DNA of 64,000 nt from Clostridia bacterium (GTDB taxonomy: Bacteria; Bacillota; Clostridia; Oscillospirales; Acutalibacteraceae). The stretch spans positions 25,485-89,484 of the forward strand of contig JAFUHX010000031.1 of assembly GCA_017474045.1 (NCBI GenBank), read 5' to 3'. Under the pieces are notes generated by a model. It saw only the letters and a list, made by a program, of their open reading frames with translations. It was not told the origin of the DNA and did not search any database. This document shows, piece after piece, positions 49,178 through 57,975 of this stretch. The stretch's first letter is position 1. Each line of letters starts with the position of its first letter. The translations under genes were made by a program, and so were the position numbers.

Positions 49178-49179
49178 AA

Positions 49180-49779
49180 TTATTCACCAAGAATTTTTTT
49201 CAAAAAAGTTCTTCTATGTTCAGGGCAAATTCCATGCTCGGCAATCATTTCATAATGAAGCTTCGTTCCATATCCTTTGTGTTTTGCAAACTGAAACTGA
49301 GGATATTTTTTATCTGCTTCAAGCATATATCTGTCTCTTGAAACCTTAGCAAGAATTGAAGCGGCAGCAATCGACACAGATTTAGCATCGCCTTTTATTA
49401 CAGTTTCCTGAGCAATATCAAGGCCGGGTTTACCGTTGCCGTCAATAAGAGCAATATCGGGTTTAACACTCAAGCCTTCAACTGCATTTCGCATAGCTAA
49501 AAAGGTAGCCTGAAGAATGTTGATTTCGTCAACAGTTTCTGCATCAACCATAGAAACAGAATATGCAACTGCCTTTTCTGTTATGACATCAAAAAGAGCT
49601 TCCCTTTTCTTTTCAGAAAGTTTTTTTGAATCATTGATACCTTCTATTTCGCAATCTATAGGCAAAATTACAGCCGCAGCACAGACAGGACCGCAAAGGG
49701 GACCTCTTCCGGCTTCATCAATTCCGCAAACAATTTTATAGCCGTTATTTATTGCTTCTTTTTCAAGTTGAAAATCCAT
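49180..49779 (-). CDS. rnhB: ribonuclease HII
   Basis: 199 aa: GIDEAGRGPLCGPV, DSKKLS, ASILAKV. Confidence 0.95.
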   Translation of the reverse strand: MDFQLEKEAINNGYKIVCGIDEAGRGPLCGPVCAAAVILPIDCEIEGINDSKKLSEKKREALFDVITEKAVAYSVSMVDAETVDEINILQATFLAMRNAVEGLSVKPDIALIDGNGKPGLDIAQETVIKGDAKSVSIAAASILAKVSRDRYMLEADKKYPQFQFAKHKGYGTKLHYEMIAEHGICPEHRRTFLKKILGE

Positions 49780-49836
49780 TTTTGTTCATCCTTTGACAAA
49801 ACAGCGCCGAAAAAATTCGACGCTGTTGTTTTTTTA

Positions 49837-50253
49837 TCAGAGCACCTTGCAATAGTTGAAAATTGACTCAGGAAGTTCTTCCTTATCAGCTGAAACAGTG
49901 AAAGTGAAGTTTGTATCCTGTTCTTCGCTGAGATTATAAACAGCTTCAAGGAATGAAGCAAGTTCGTTATAGTCTCTGCCACCTATTTTAAGTGTTGCAT
50001 CAACAAGAACATCTGTGATGTCGTGGTTTCCGGCGCAGATTCCTGCAAGGAAGCCATAGAAAGCACCATAACCACTAACTTTATAGTCATTAGCAGCGAT
50101 GAGTCTTGCACGATGATCAACATCGTAAGTAAGCTTTGCCTTTTCTTCAACACAGATTACGTTACCTTTTGTTTGCTCGATTGCTTCGTTAACGCAAACG
50201 ATAAGATGTTTAGTTTTACCTGTGCCTTTGTGTCCTAAAATAAGAGAAATCAT
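49837..50253 (-). CDS. 138-aa minimal P-loop NTPase-like protein, function unknown
   Basis: It has a Walker A-like GHKGTGKT at aa 7-14 and a possible Walker B VLVDA at aa 82-86. GGAGG lies upstream of the ATG (AAGGAGGAAATGTATTATG). Confidence 0.5.
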   Translation of the reverse strand: MISLILGHKGTGKTKHLIVCVNEAIEQTKGNVICVEEKAKLTYDVDHRARLIAANDYKVSGYGAFYGFLAGICAGNHDITDVLVDATLKIGGRDYNELASFLEAVYNLSEEQDTNFTFTVSADKEELPESIFNYCKVL

Positions 50254-50317
50254 AATACATTTCCTCCTTGTTATATTTTCTCCCCACTTAAAAGTGGTTT
50301 TTTACAGATTAATTATA

Positions 50318-51658
50318 TCACAAACCAAGTCTGACTTCAAGAGCTTCTTTTTCTTTTTCATAACCGGGTTTGCCTAAAAGTGCAAACATATTTTTCTTAT
50401 AGCTTTCAACACCGGGCTGATCAAAGGGGTTAACGCCTAAAACATAACCAGAAACAGCGCAAGCTTTTTCAAGGAAATAGAGAAGATAGCCGAGGTTTTC
50501 TTCATCCATTTTTTCAACATTGAGAACAACATTGGGAACTCCGCCATCGTTATGAGCTAAAATTGTTCCTTCAAAAGCCTTTCTGTTAACAAAAGACATT
50601 GATTTTCCTGCAAGGAAATTAAGACCATCAACATTTTCGGCGTCTTCTTGAATAATAAACTCGGTTTTAGCTTTTTCAAAATTAACAGCAGTTTCAAACA
50701 TTATTCTTTCACCCTGCTGAATATATTGACCCAATGAATGAAGATCGGTTGAGAAAATGGCAGAAGTCGGGAAAAGGCCTTTTCCGTCTTTTCCTTCGCT
50801 TTCACCAAAGAGCTGTTTAATCCATTCATTCATCATTGTAAAGCAAGGTTCATAGCAAATAAACATTTCGTTTGAAAAGCCCTTTTTATAAAGAGCATTT
50901 CTGATTGCAACATATTTATAGCAATCATTCTTGTCTATGTCGGTATCCATTAATTCTTCTCTTGCTTTATCAGCACCCGACATAAGAGAATCAATATCAA
51001 TTCCTGCAGCAGCAATAGGAAGAAGACCAACAGCTGTTAAAACAGAATATCTTCCGCCAACATCATCAGGAACAACGAATGTTTCGTAGCCTTCTTTATC
51101 AGCAAAAGCCTTAAGGGTTCCTCTGGATTTGTCGGTTGTTACAAAAATTCTTTCTTTAGCAGCTTCTTTGCCATATTTTTTAATAAGCAAATCGCGGAAA
51201 ACACGGAAAGCAACAGCAGGTTCAGTTGTTGTTCCGGATTTTGAAATTACATTAACGGCAAAATCTTTTCCTTCGCAAATTGAAACAATTTCGCTTAAAT
51301 ATGAAGGACTGATTGAGTTTCCGGCAAAATAGATTGCAGGAGTACCTTTTCTTAAGTCGTTATAGTTTTGAGATTTTATAAATTCAATAACTGCTCTTGC
51401 GCCGAGATATGAACCACCGATTCCGATTACGATAAGAACATCGCTGTTATTTTGAATTTTTTCTGCAGCAGCTTTGATTCTGGAAAATTCATCTTTGTCA
51501 TAATTAACAGGAAGATCAACCCATCCTGTAAAATCACTGCCCTCACCGGTTTTATTGTGAAGAGCATTGTGTGCCTGAGTAATTTTATCTTGAAAAGAAT
51601 ATATTTCTTCGTCTTTCAGAAAATCAGAAACATATTTTTCCGTAAGTTTTGTTGACAT
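50318..51658 (-). CDS. pgi: glucose-6-phosphate isomerase
   Basis: It carries the Firmicute-type PGI motifs [19 protein letters not shown] and ESEGK. I chose the ATG at 51658, which has AAGGAG 8 nt upstream. Confidence 0.95.
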   Translation of the reverse strand: MSTKLTEKYVSDFLKDEEIYSFQDKITQAHNALHNKTGEGSDFTGWVDLPVNYDKDEFSRIKAAAEKIQNNSDVLIVIGIGGSYLGARAVIEFIKSQNYNDLRKGTPAIYFAGNSISPSYLSEIVSICEGKDFAVNVISKSGTTTEPAVAFRVFRDLLIKKYGKEAAKERIFVTTDKSRGTLKAFADKEGYETFVVPDDVGGRYSVLTAVGLLPIAAAGIDIDSLMSGADKAREELMDTDIDKNDCYKYVAIRNALYKKGFSNEMFICYEPCFTMMNEWIKQLFGESEGKDGKGLFPTSAIFSTDLHSLGQYIQQGERIMFETAVNFEKAKTEFIIQEDAENVDGLNFLAGKSMSFVNRKAFEGTILAHNDGGVPNVVLNVEKMDEENLGYLLYFLEKACAVSGYVLGVNPFDQPGVESYKKNMFALLGKPGYEKEKEALEVRLGL

Positions 51659-51697
51659 TGTTGTTGCTCCTTTGAAATACAAAGTTATATTTTGTGT

Positions 51698-51726
51698 ATT
51701 TTAATATAAATCTCGTGTTTTGTCAA
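51698..51726 (-). promoter_or_regulatory. sigma-A-type promoter candidate for pgi (TTGACA-17-TAAAAT)
   Basis: On the minus strand, TTGACA is at 51726..51721 and TAAAAT at 51703..51698. Confidence 0.5.
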
Positions 51727-51775
51727 CTATTATTGCCAATTGTTTAGTTAAAAATTAATAAAAAATGTTAGAAAT

Positions 51776-52930
51776 TTAACTGTTTAATGTTATAGAAGAA
51801 ACAAGTCTGAGCATTATATCGGTAATTTTCAGCCTTCTTATTTCTTTTTCACAGAAGAGCTTGTATTCACCGATTACTTTATTTTTGACCTTAAAAATCA
51901 CTCTGCCAACCATTTGACCTTTTTCAACCGGTGCTTCTACATCTGCAGAAAGCTGTATTTCTGTTTCAATATTATTTTTTTCTCCCGTTTTCAGAGTTAC
52001 CGGCTTAATTTCTTCCAGCTTTGGAATGAATGAATTTTCAATTCCTTTTATGATGTTAACGGGAGCAATTAAATTGTCATCTATCTTAGGTGTAACAGTT
52101 TCAAAATTTGAAAAACCATAGTTTAAAAGCGCTTTTGCACCTTCAAAACGGTCTGTGCTGTTATCGCTTCCCATGACGACGGCAATTAAATGTAATCCGT
52201 TTCTTTTTGCAGAAGCAGAAATACAATATCCTGCTTTAGATGTTGTTCCGGTCTTAAGTCCCGTTGTACCTTTATAAAAACGAACAAGCTTATTTGTATT
52301 AACAAGTTGAGTTGAACCGTTTCTTAAAGAATCCATCCAGACAGTTGAATAGTTTGTTATTTCATCATAAGACAGAAGTTCTTTTGACATTAAAGCAATA
52401 TCAAGAGCTGTGGTGAAATGATTAACAGTATCGTCATCAAGACCTGTACAATTTTCAAAATTTGTGTTTTTCATTCCTAACTCTTCAGCCTTCTCATTCA
52501 TCATTTTTACGATTCCTGTTTCACTCCCGGCAATATATTCACCAAGAGCTGTGCAAGCATCATTAGCACTTGCAATAACCGCCGCCCTCAACAGCTCTTC
52601 AACTTTCATTTGTTCGCCCTCTTTAAGCCAAATCTGAGAGCCACCCTTTGCCGCAGCTTCTGCACTGGCTGTTACAACATCATCAAGACTGATTTTTTTG
52701 TCTTTCAAAGCTTCGAAAACCAATAATATCGGCATTATTTTTGTAACTGAAGCCGGATAAAGCTTTTTGTTTTCTTCTTTACTTAACAAAACCTCTCCCG
52801 TTGAAGCATCCATTAATACATAAGCCTTGGCATTAACTGAAACCGCTTCCGAGCTTTCAGCAAAGGAGGAAACAGGAAAAATCGTAAGCAAAACAACAAA
52901 ACTCATGACTAATAAAATTATTTTTTTCAT
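51776..52930 (-). CDS. D-alanyl-D-alanine carboxypeptidase (PBP5 / S11 family), second paralogue
   Basis: 384 aa with a signal peptide, SxxK (ASVTKIM), SxN (SANDA), KTG (KTGTT) and a C-terminal PBP5_C-like domain. Confidence 0.85.
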   Translation of the reverse strand: MKKIILLVMSFVVLLTIFPVSSFAESSEAVSVNAKAYVLMDASTGEVLLSKEENKKLYPASVTKIMPILLVFEALKDKKISLDDVVTASAEAAAKGGSQIWLKEGEQMKVEELLRAAVIASANDACTALGEYIAGSETGIVKMMNEKAEELGMKNTNFENCTGLDDDTVNHFTTALDIALMSKELLSYDEITNYSTVWMDSLRNGSTQLVNTNKLVRFYKGTTGLKTGTTSKAGYCISASAKRNGLHLIAVVMGSDNSTDRFEGAKALLNYGFSNFETVTPKIDDNLIAPVNIIKGIENSFIPKLEEIKPVTLKTGEKNNIETEIQLSADVEAPVEKGQMVGRVIFKVKNKVIGEYKLFCEKEIRRLKITDIMLRLVSSITLNS

Positions 52931-52989
52931 AAATTACCACCTCTTCATGAAAATGTTATGATAAAATTGAGAAAAATAAAACAACTCTA

Positions 52990-53018
52990 TTGAATCGTGA
53001 AGAAAATTCATTTATAAT
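52990..53018 (+). promoter_or_regulatory. sigma-A-type promoter candidate for mtaB (TTGAAT-17-TATAAT)
   Basis: TTGAAT at 52990-52995, 17-nt spacer, TATAAT at 53013-53018. The TTG that opens the track's ORF is the -35 box. Confidence 0.55.
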
Positions 53019-53046
53019 TGTTTCATTAATTTTTTCAGAGGTTATT

Positions 53047-54339
53047 ATGAAAGTTGCATTTTACACATTAGGCTGCAAAGTTAATCAATATGAATCGCAG
53101 GTTCTCAGCGAAAAGCTTAAAGAAAGCGGTTTTACCATTGTTGACAGCAAAAACCACGCTGATATTTATATAATAAATTCCTGCACAGTAACTGCTTCAG
53201 CTGACCAGAAAACCCGCCAGGCTGTTCGCCGTTTTAAAAGAAACAACCCGGAGAGCATTGTTATTCTGACAGGTTGTATGCCTCAGGCTTATCCGGAAGA
53301 ATCATCTCTGCTTTCAGAGGCAGACATTATTACCGGAAACAAATCTAATGACAAAATAATTGATTTAATTGACAATTATCTGAAAAACGGAAAAAGAGTT
53401 GTTAGCATAAGTGAACATAAAAAAGGCGACAAATTCTCTTATTGCTCAATTTCTTCCTTTGATGAAAGAACAAGAGCTTACATTAAAATTCAGGACGGAT
53501 GCAATAGATTTTGCTCTTATTGCATAATCCCCACTTCAAGAGGGCGTGTCAGATCAAAACCGCTTAGTCAGCTCAAGGAAGAGCTTGAAAGAGTTGCTAA
53601 AAACGGTTACAGCGAGGTTATTCTTGTTGGAATAAATCTTTCTTCTTACGGTCTTGATACCGGCGATTCTTTTCCTGACGCAGTAAAGCTTGCCTGCGAA
53701 ACAGAAGGAATTGAAAGAGTTAGGTTAGGCTCATTAGAACCTGACCACCTCACAGAAGATGTTGTTAAAAAGCTTTCTCAATGTAAAAAGCTTTGTCCGC
53801 AATTTCATATTTCACTTCAAAGCGGCTGCGACAAAACACTTAAAGCTATGAATCGTCATTATAACTGCAATGAATACAAAGAGCTTTGCAATAATTTGAG
53901 AAACAGCTTTGAAGACTGCACTCTCACAACCGATGTTATGGTTGGTTTTGCAGGAGAGACTGATGAAGATTTTCAGGAAAGTCTCAGCTTTGTTAAAGAA
54001 ATCGGTTTTGAAAAGGTTCATGTTTTCCCCTACTCTGTGAGAACAGGAACCAGAGCCGAAAAAATGGAAGGCCATGTTTCAAAGAAGATTAAAAATGATA
54101 GATGTTCAATCATGATTTCTGAATGTGAAAAAATCAGAAGAGACTTTTTTGAAAAGCAAATTGGCAAGGTTTTCAGTGTTTTATTTGAAAGCTCTGCTTC
54201 GGATGGATATATTTTCGGTCATTCCGCAAACTTTATTCCCATTAAAACAAAATCTCCGCAGAAATACTGCGGAGAAATCAAAAATGTTATAATTACCGAT
54301 GTTGCCGACGATGACTTCTGTGTCGGAGAAATTATTTGA
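53047..54339 (+). CDS. mtaB: tRNA threonylcarbamoyladenosine methylthiotransferase MtaB (radical SAM MiaB-like)
   Basis: MKVAFYTLGCKVNQYES (UPF0004 domain), radical-SAM motif CNRFCSYC and a TRAM-like C-terminus. The ATG at 53047 has AGAGG upstream. Confidence 0.9.
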   Translation: MKVAFYTLGCKVNQYESQVLSEKLKESGFTIVDSKNHADIYIINSCTVTASADQKTRQAVRRFKRNNPESIVILTGCMPQAYPEESSLLSEADIITGNKSNDKIIDLIDNYLKNGKRVVSISEHKKGDKFSYCSISSFDERTRAYIKIQDGCNRFCSYCIIPTSRGRVRSKPLSQLKEELERVAKNGYSEVILVGINLSSYGLDTGDSFPDAVKLACETEGIERVRLGSLEPDHLTEDVVKKLSQCKKLCPQFHISLQSGCDKTLKAMNRHYNCNEYKELCNNLRNSFEDCTLTTDVMVGFAGETDEDFQESLSFVKEIGFEKVHVFPYSVRTGTRAEKMEGHVSKKIKNDRCSIMISECEKIRRDFFEKQIGKVFSVLFESSASDGYIFGHSANFIPIKTKSPQKYCGEIKNVIITDVADDDFCVGEII

Positions 54340-55510
54340 TTATTTTTACAGAGCTTGTTTTATCCATATTGCAAGCTCTGATTTTTTTTGAGAACAAACC
54401 GTAAAGGTCACTGCATAAACATTCCAAAGCATAAATTTCCTTGCAGAAATCGCTTTGTTTTGAAACCTCACTAAACTTAGTAATTATAGGAAGTTCTCCT
54501 CTGTATTGCTTTAAAATCTCGAGTCCCTTTGAGCTCGCGGCAAGAATTTTTATATATGGTGGGTTTTCCCGGGAAATTTCAGGCTTAATTCCGAGAAATA
54601 TCCTCAGTACGTTTCGCCTGACTGCCGCCATAGTTATGTTTTTTGTTTTAATTTCATTATATAGTTCATCAAGATTTGTTGCATTTTTTGAAGCTGAAAA
54701 AATTCTGTCAGAAATTCCATTTTGCTTATCACAATAAAGAGCCATTTTCTCTTTGGAAAGTCTTCTTAAATGAGACAAAACAGCTTTTTCGCCGCTATTC
54801 ATCTCACCTATTAATCCTTCATTAACTTGTGAAGAAATTTTTTCAAAAGCAAAGCTGCTCATGTATTGCCTGAAAGCATTAATATCATTGCTTTTTCTGA
54901 TTGCCCCTGCGCTTATATTTTCACCTTCAAGACTGTTATCATTATGTGAATTACCTCTTCTTAAAACAGCAAACGGCTCCATTTTACAATTAAGAGCTGT
55001 AATTGCATTTATATACTCAACAGCAAGAGTGTTGTTTGGCGAAGAGATTATTTCAGAAATATCTTCTCCATAGATTGAGGAGACAACATCTGACAAAGCG
55101 GAAGGATAAGAAAGACCGGATTTGATTTTTTCAGTAATTTTTGTTGAAATTTCCTCAGAAAACAAAATGTTGCTACAATCTTTAAGCGCTGAAACATCAC
55201 CGCATTCACATCCGAAGCTAAGTTCCTCAGCGCCTATGGAATTTAAGAGAAAAACACCGGCGCTTGCAAAATCATGAGCAGAGCTGCAGCTCCAGGGTGT
55301 GGGAAGCTCAATTACTAAATCAGCACCGTTTCTGACAGCTATTTCAGCCCTCAGATGTTTATCGATAAAGGCACATTCGCCGCGCTGAACAAAATTACTG
55401 CTCATAACGCAAACAATATGTGTTGCGCCGTTTTTTCTTGTTTCTTCAATATGATAGACATGGCCGCTATGCATTGGATTATATTCACATATTATTCCTG
55501 AAATTTTCAA
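54332..55510 (-). CDS. tmcAL: tRNA(Met) cytidine acetate ligase TmcAL (YlbM / UPF0348 nucleotidyltransferase)
   Basis: 392 aa with the N-terminus KISGIICEYNPMHSGHVYH (HxGH class). It uses a TTG start with GGAGGTG upstream. Confidence 0.85.
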   Translation of the reverse strand: MKISGIICEYNPMHSGHVYHIEETRKNGATHIVCVMSSNFVQRGECAFIDKHLRAEIAVRNGADLVIELPTPWSCSSAHDFASAGVFLLNSIGAEELSFGCECGDVSALKDCSNILFSEEISTKITEKIKSGLSYPSALSDVVSSIYGEDISEIISSPNNTLAVEYINAITALNCKMEPFAVLRRGNSHNDNSLEGENISAGAIRKSNDINAFRQYMSSFAFEKISSQVNEGLIGEMNSGEKAVLSHLRRLSKEKMALYCDKQNGISDRIFSASKNATNLDELYNEIKTKNITMAAVRRNVLRIFLGIKPEISRENPPYIKILAASSKGLEILKQYRGELPIITKFSEVSKQSDFCKEIYALECLCSDLYGLFSKKIRACNMDKTSSVKIIK

Positions 55511-55531
55511 ATCCTCACCTCCAGCTAATAT

Positions 55532-55560
55532 ATTTTATTTATTTATCAGTTTGTTGTCAA
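55532..55560 (-). promoter_or_regulatory. sigma-A-type promoter candidate for tmcAL (TTGACA-17-TAAAAT)
   Basis: On the minus strand, TTGACA is at 55560..55555 and TAAAAT at 55537..55532. Confidence 0.5.
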
Positions 55561-55574
55561 GATTGTTGTCAAGA
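55551..55574. repeat. perfect 12-bp tandem duplication (TTGTTGTCAAGA x2) that duplicates the -35 box
   Basis: Read directly: ttgttgtcaaga at 55551-55562 and again at 55563-55574. Confidence 0.9.
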
Positions 55575-55599
55575 CAAAAAGAAACGCCGCATAAGCGGC
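55575..55599 (-). terminator. small intrinsic terminator after the DUF1540 ORF
   Basis: On the minus strand: GCCGC-TTAT-GCGGC, followed by GTTTCTTTTTG. Confidence 0.4.
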
Positions 55600-55668
55600 A
55601 ACATAGATATCATTATATTTTTTCTATTATTACAAAATCCGCCTATACAACGCTTCTTTCAGCTTAGC

Positions 55669-55842
55669 TTAGTTTTTTGCGACAAAAGATTCGCAATCAA
55701 CGCATTGGCACTCTGTGGGGTTAGTTTCATGTGTTCCGATTGAAACCTTGCTGAGAGTGCAGTAGTTAGATTCGTTGCAATGGAATTTGCACTTTTCTAC
55801 TGTGCAGCCAATTGAATGGTTTGCTGTGTTGTTACAATTCAT
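55669..55842 (-). CDS. DUF1540 domain protein (57 aa, Cys-rich; too short for the ORF track)
   Basis: My translation is MNCNNTANHSIGCTVEKCKFHCNESNYCTLSKVSIGTHETNPTECQCVDCESFVAKN. GGAGG lies 8 nt upstream, and a terminator follows. Confidence 0.7.
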   Translation of the reverse strand: MNCNNTANHSIGCTVEKCKFHCNESNYCTLSKVSIGTHETNPTECQCVDCESFVAKN

Positions 55843-55855
55843 AAATAAAACCTCC

Positions 55856-55892
55856 GAAAAAAACTACCCACCCAATCAAAATTGGATGGGTA
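55856..55892 (-). terminator. intrinsic terminator after the 510-aa secreted-protein gene
   Basis: On the minus strand: TACCCATCCAAT-TTTG-ATTGGGTGGGTA (12 bp, one G-U pair), followed by GTTTTTTT. Confidence 0.65.
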
Positions 55893-55927
55893 ATATTATT
55901 CTTTGGTTAAATAAATAATTTATTCAC

Positions 55928-57460
55928 TTAAAAATCGCCAAAATTAGTTAATGAATCAACAATTTTATCGAAAATATCTGATATCCATTGAATGTAATAT
56001 GCAAAGAACTCATAAAGGAAATTCATGGGGTTGCTTGTTGCATTATCGATATTATCAGAGGCAATATCGTCCATTACAGAAACTATATCCTTCATTTTAC
56101 CTTTGAAAGCACAGTTGAGAACTCTGATAAGATTATCTTTATATTTACTGTCGATTTTTCCTGAATTGCGAATGCTGCTTTCAATTTTAGAAACAACAGC
56201 AGCATTATTGATTGTTACTGTTTTTGTTTCTGTTTTAACATAAGCATAGAAGTAGTTACCGTTTGAATCAACATAATGACCGCTTTCATCAATTGTTGCA
56301 ACAACGGTTCCGTCTGAATATACATATTCACCATTTTCATTCAATGAAACTTCGCGTCCGGTAGTGTCAACAGTTATGTAATTACCGTTTGAGTCAACAA
56401 CAGGAGCAGTCGTTGTTCTCTGAGAGCTGTAGGCACCGCAGAGATTGAGATACATAAGAGCATAGAGGAAAACTTCGGTTGTGTCGGTTGTTTCCTGAGA
56501 GCCATCAAATTTAGTTGCCTTTGCAAATCTGTAGGAAGGCGGAGTTATAAACTGAAGGTGTTCTGTGTCTGCTTCATTATGGAAATTAGCAAAAAGATTG
56601 AAAAGACCCTTAAGTGTTTTAAGTTCGTCCTCACCGATAACACCGGAATTAATCTGAAGAGTGAAAAGAGCTTTTAAAGCAGGGAACATGTGGGTTTCGT
56701 AAGATTTAGCAAGATTTGAAACAACATTGAGAACATAGTTGAGAGGACCTTGCTGACGAATTCTCTTAATAATGCTCTTAACAATTACGCGGGAAACTCT
56801 GTCGGCATTTCTGATTTTATCGCCGAGCATAAGCTCATCATCAAAATCAAAACCGATAACATAAAGAAGAGGACTATAGTTTATTGCGTAATTCTTGCAC
56901 CAATAATTATCAATTATTGTTTTAAGACCGCTTAACTGAGCAATAGCAGTATAAAAATCGTTTTCACTGCTGTAACCGTTACCTGTGAGTTTAACTTCAG
57001 TAAAATTTGGATTAAGAAGCTTACCGATGAAGTTAACGAACGCAGTTGCATTCTCAGCTGTGTAAAGCTTAGTGCTTCCTTCTTCACCATAAACTGACTC
57101 AAAAACATCGCTGAGGAAAAGGTTTAAATTAGCTTTAGCAAGGGTGAGATCTGCCTTATCAACAGTAACTTTATTCCAAGCGAGAGCATCAGTGCTGTTA
57201 TAAAGGAAATCAACGGTTATACCAAGAAAATTCAGTTCATTGATTGCACCGCTTTCAAGAAGTGCTTCAACATCGGCAGTGCCGTTTTCAAGGTATTCAT
57301 CGGGGATGATTGTTCCGTTCTGGTCGAAATTAGAAAGCGCATCATCAAAATCAACACTTCCTGTTATTTTATCAATGAGAGACTCCTCGGCGGAAGAAAG
57401 AACGCCGAATGAAGACAGCAGCATGAGACATGCAAGAATAACGGATAACGTCTTTTTCAT
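55928..57460 (-). CDS. secreted protein of unknown function
   Basis: 510 aa with a signal peptide (MKKTLSVILACLMLLSSFGVLSSAEE). I recognise no catalytic motif. An internal short repeat VDSNGNY occurs twice. The gene has its own promoter and terminator. Confidence 0.6.
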   Translation of the reverse strand: MKKTLSVILACLMLLSSFGVLSSAEESLIDKITGSVDFDDALSNFDQNGTIIPDEYLENGTADVEALLESGAINELNFLGITVDFLYNSTDALAWNKVTVDKADLTLAKANLNLFLSDVFESVYGEEGSTKLYTAENATAFVNFIGKLLNPNFTEVKLTGNGYSSENDFYTAIAQLSGLKTIIDNYWCKNYAINYSPLLYVIGFDFDDELMLGDKIRNADRVSRVIVKSIIKRIRQQGPLNYVLNVVSNLAKSYETHMFPALKALFTLQINSGVIGEDELKTLKGLFNLFANFHNEADTEHLQFITPPSYRFAKATKFDGSQETTDTTEVFLYALMYLNLCGAYSSQRTTTAPVVDSNGNYITVDTTGREVSLNENGEYVYSDGTVVATIDESGHYVDSNGNYFYAYVKTETKTVTINNAAVVSKIESSIRNSGKIDSKYKDNLIRVLNCAFKGKMKDIVSVMDDIASDNIDNATSNPMNFLYEFFAYYIQWISDIFDKIVDSLTNFGDF

Positions 57461-57516
57461 GAAAATTACTCCTTTAAAATTCAGAGATTTACTGCATTAG
57501 ACAGTATTACAGATAA

Positions 57517-57545
57517 AGTTTAACATCTCAAGCAACAAATGTCAA
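57517..57545 (-). promoter_or_regulatory. sigma-A-type promoter candidate for the 510-aa gene (TTGACA-17-TAAACT)
   Basis: On the minus strand, TTGACA is at 57545..57540 and TAAACT at 57522..57517. Confidence 0.5.
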
Positions 57546-57552
57546 TAAAAAG

Positions 57553-57584
57553 CAATCAAAAAAGGCTGCATCAAAACAGCCTTT
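57553..57584 (-). terminator. intrinsic terminator after mazF
   Basis: On the minus strand: AAAGGCTG-8 nt-CAGCCTTT, running into TTTGATTG. Confidence 0.65.
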
Positions 57585-57615
57585 AAGGTTTCAATTTTGT
57601 CATTTTGATTCACTT

Positions 57616-57975
57616 TTATGTAGCTAAAGGTGAATCAAGACCGAAGCTTACTGTAAGTGCACGATCAATTCTGAGCATATCTTTCTCATCAAGATTACCC
57701 ATTTTTTCTTTCAGTCTTCTTTTATCCAGGGTTCTGACCTGTTCAAGAAGAACTATTGAATCTTTTGAAAGACCGCAATTATCGGCATTGACTTTTATAT
57801 GAGTAGGCAGACTGGTTTTTGAATTCTGGCTGGTAATTGCCGCAGCAATAACGGTCGGACTGAATTTATTGCCGATGTTATTCTGAACAATCAAAACCGG
57901 TCTTACTCCGCCTTGTTCAGAACCTATTACAGGGCTTAAATCTGCATAAAATATATCTCCTCTTCTGATGTTCAA
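57616..57975 (-). CDS. mazF: MazF/PemK-family endoribonuclease toxin (EndoA/NdoA-like)
   Basis: 119 aa: (M)NIRRGDIFYADLSPVIGSEQGGVRPVLIVQNNIGNKFSPTVIAAAITSQ...LPTHIKV...DSIVLLEQVRTLDKRRL. It is collinear with B. subtilis EndoA as I recall it. It uses a TTG start with AAAGGAG 9 nt upstream. Confidence 0.9.
   Translation of the reverse strand: MNIRRGDIFYADLSPVIGSEQGGVRPVLIVQNNIGNKFSPTVIAAAITSQNSKTSLPTHIKVNADNCGLSKDSIVLLEQVRTLDKRRLKEKMGNLDEKDMLRIDRALTVSFGLDSPLAT

Noticed and set aside
50284-50303. The hairpin CCACTT-aa-AAGTGG between pgi and the P-loop gene, considered as a pgi terminator.
   Set aside because: The T-run follows the stem only on the plus strand, where nothing is transcribed towards it. 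On the minus strand the stem is followed by GGAGAAAATA, so it is not a convincing terminator.
52990-53046. The TTG-initiated 19-codon N-terminal extension of mtaB given by the ORF track.
   Set aside because: That TTG is the -35 hexamer of a TTGAAT-17-TATAAT promoter. The ATG at 53047 yields the canonical MKVAFYTLGCKVNQYES N-terminus.
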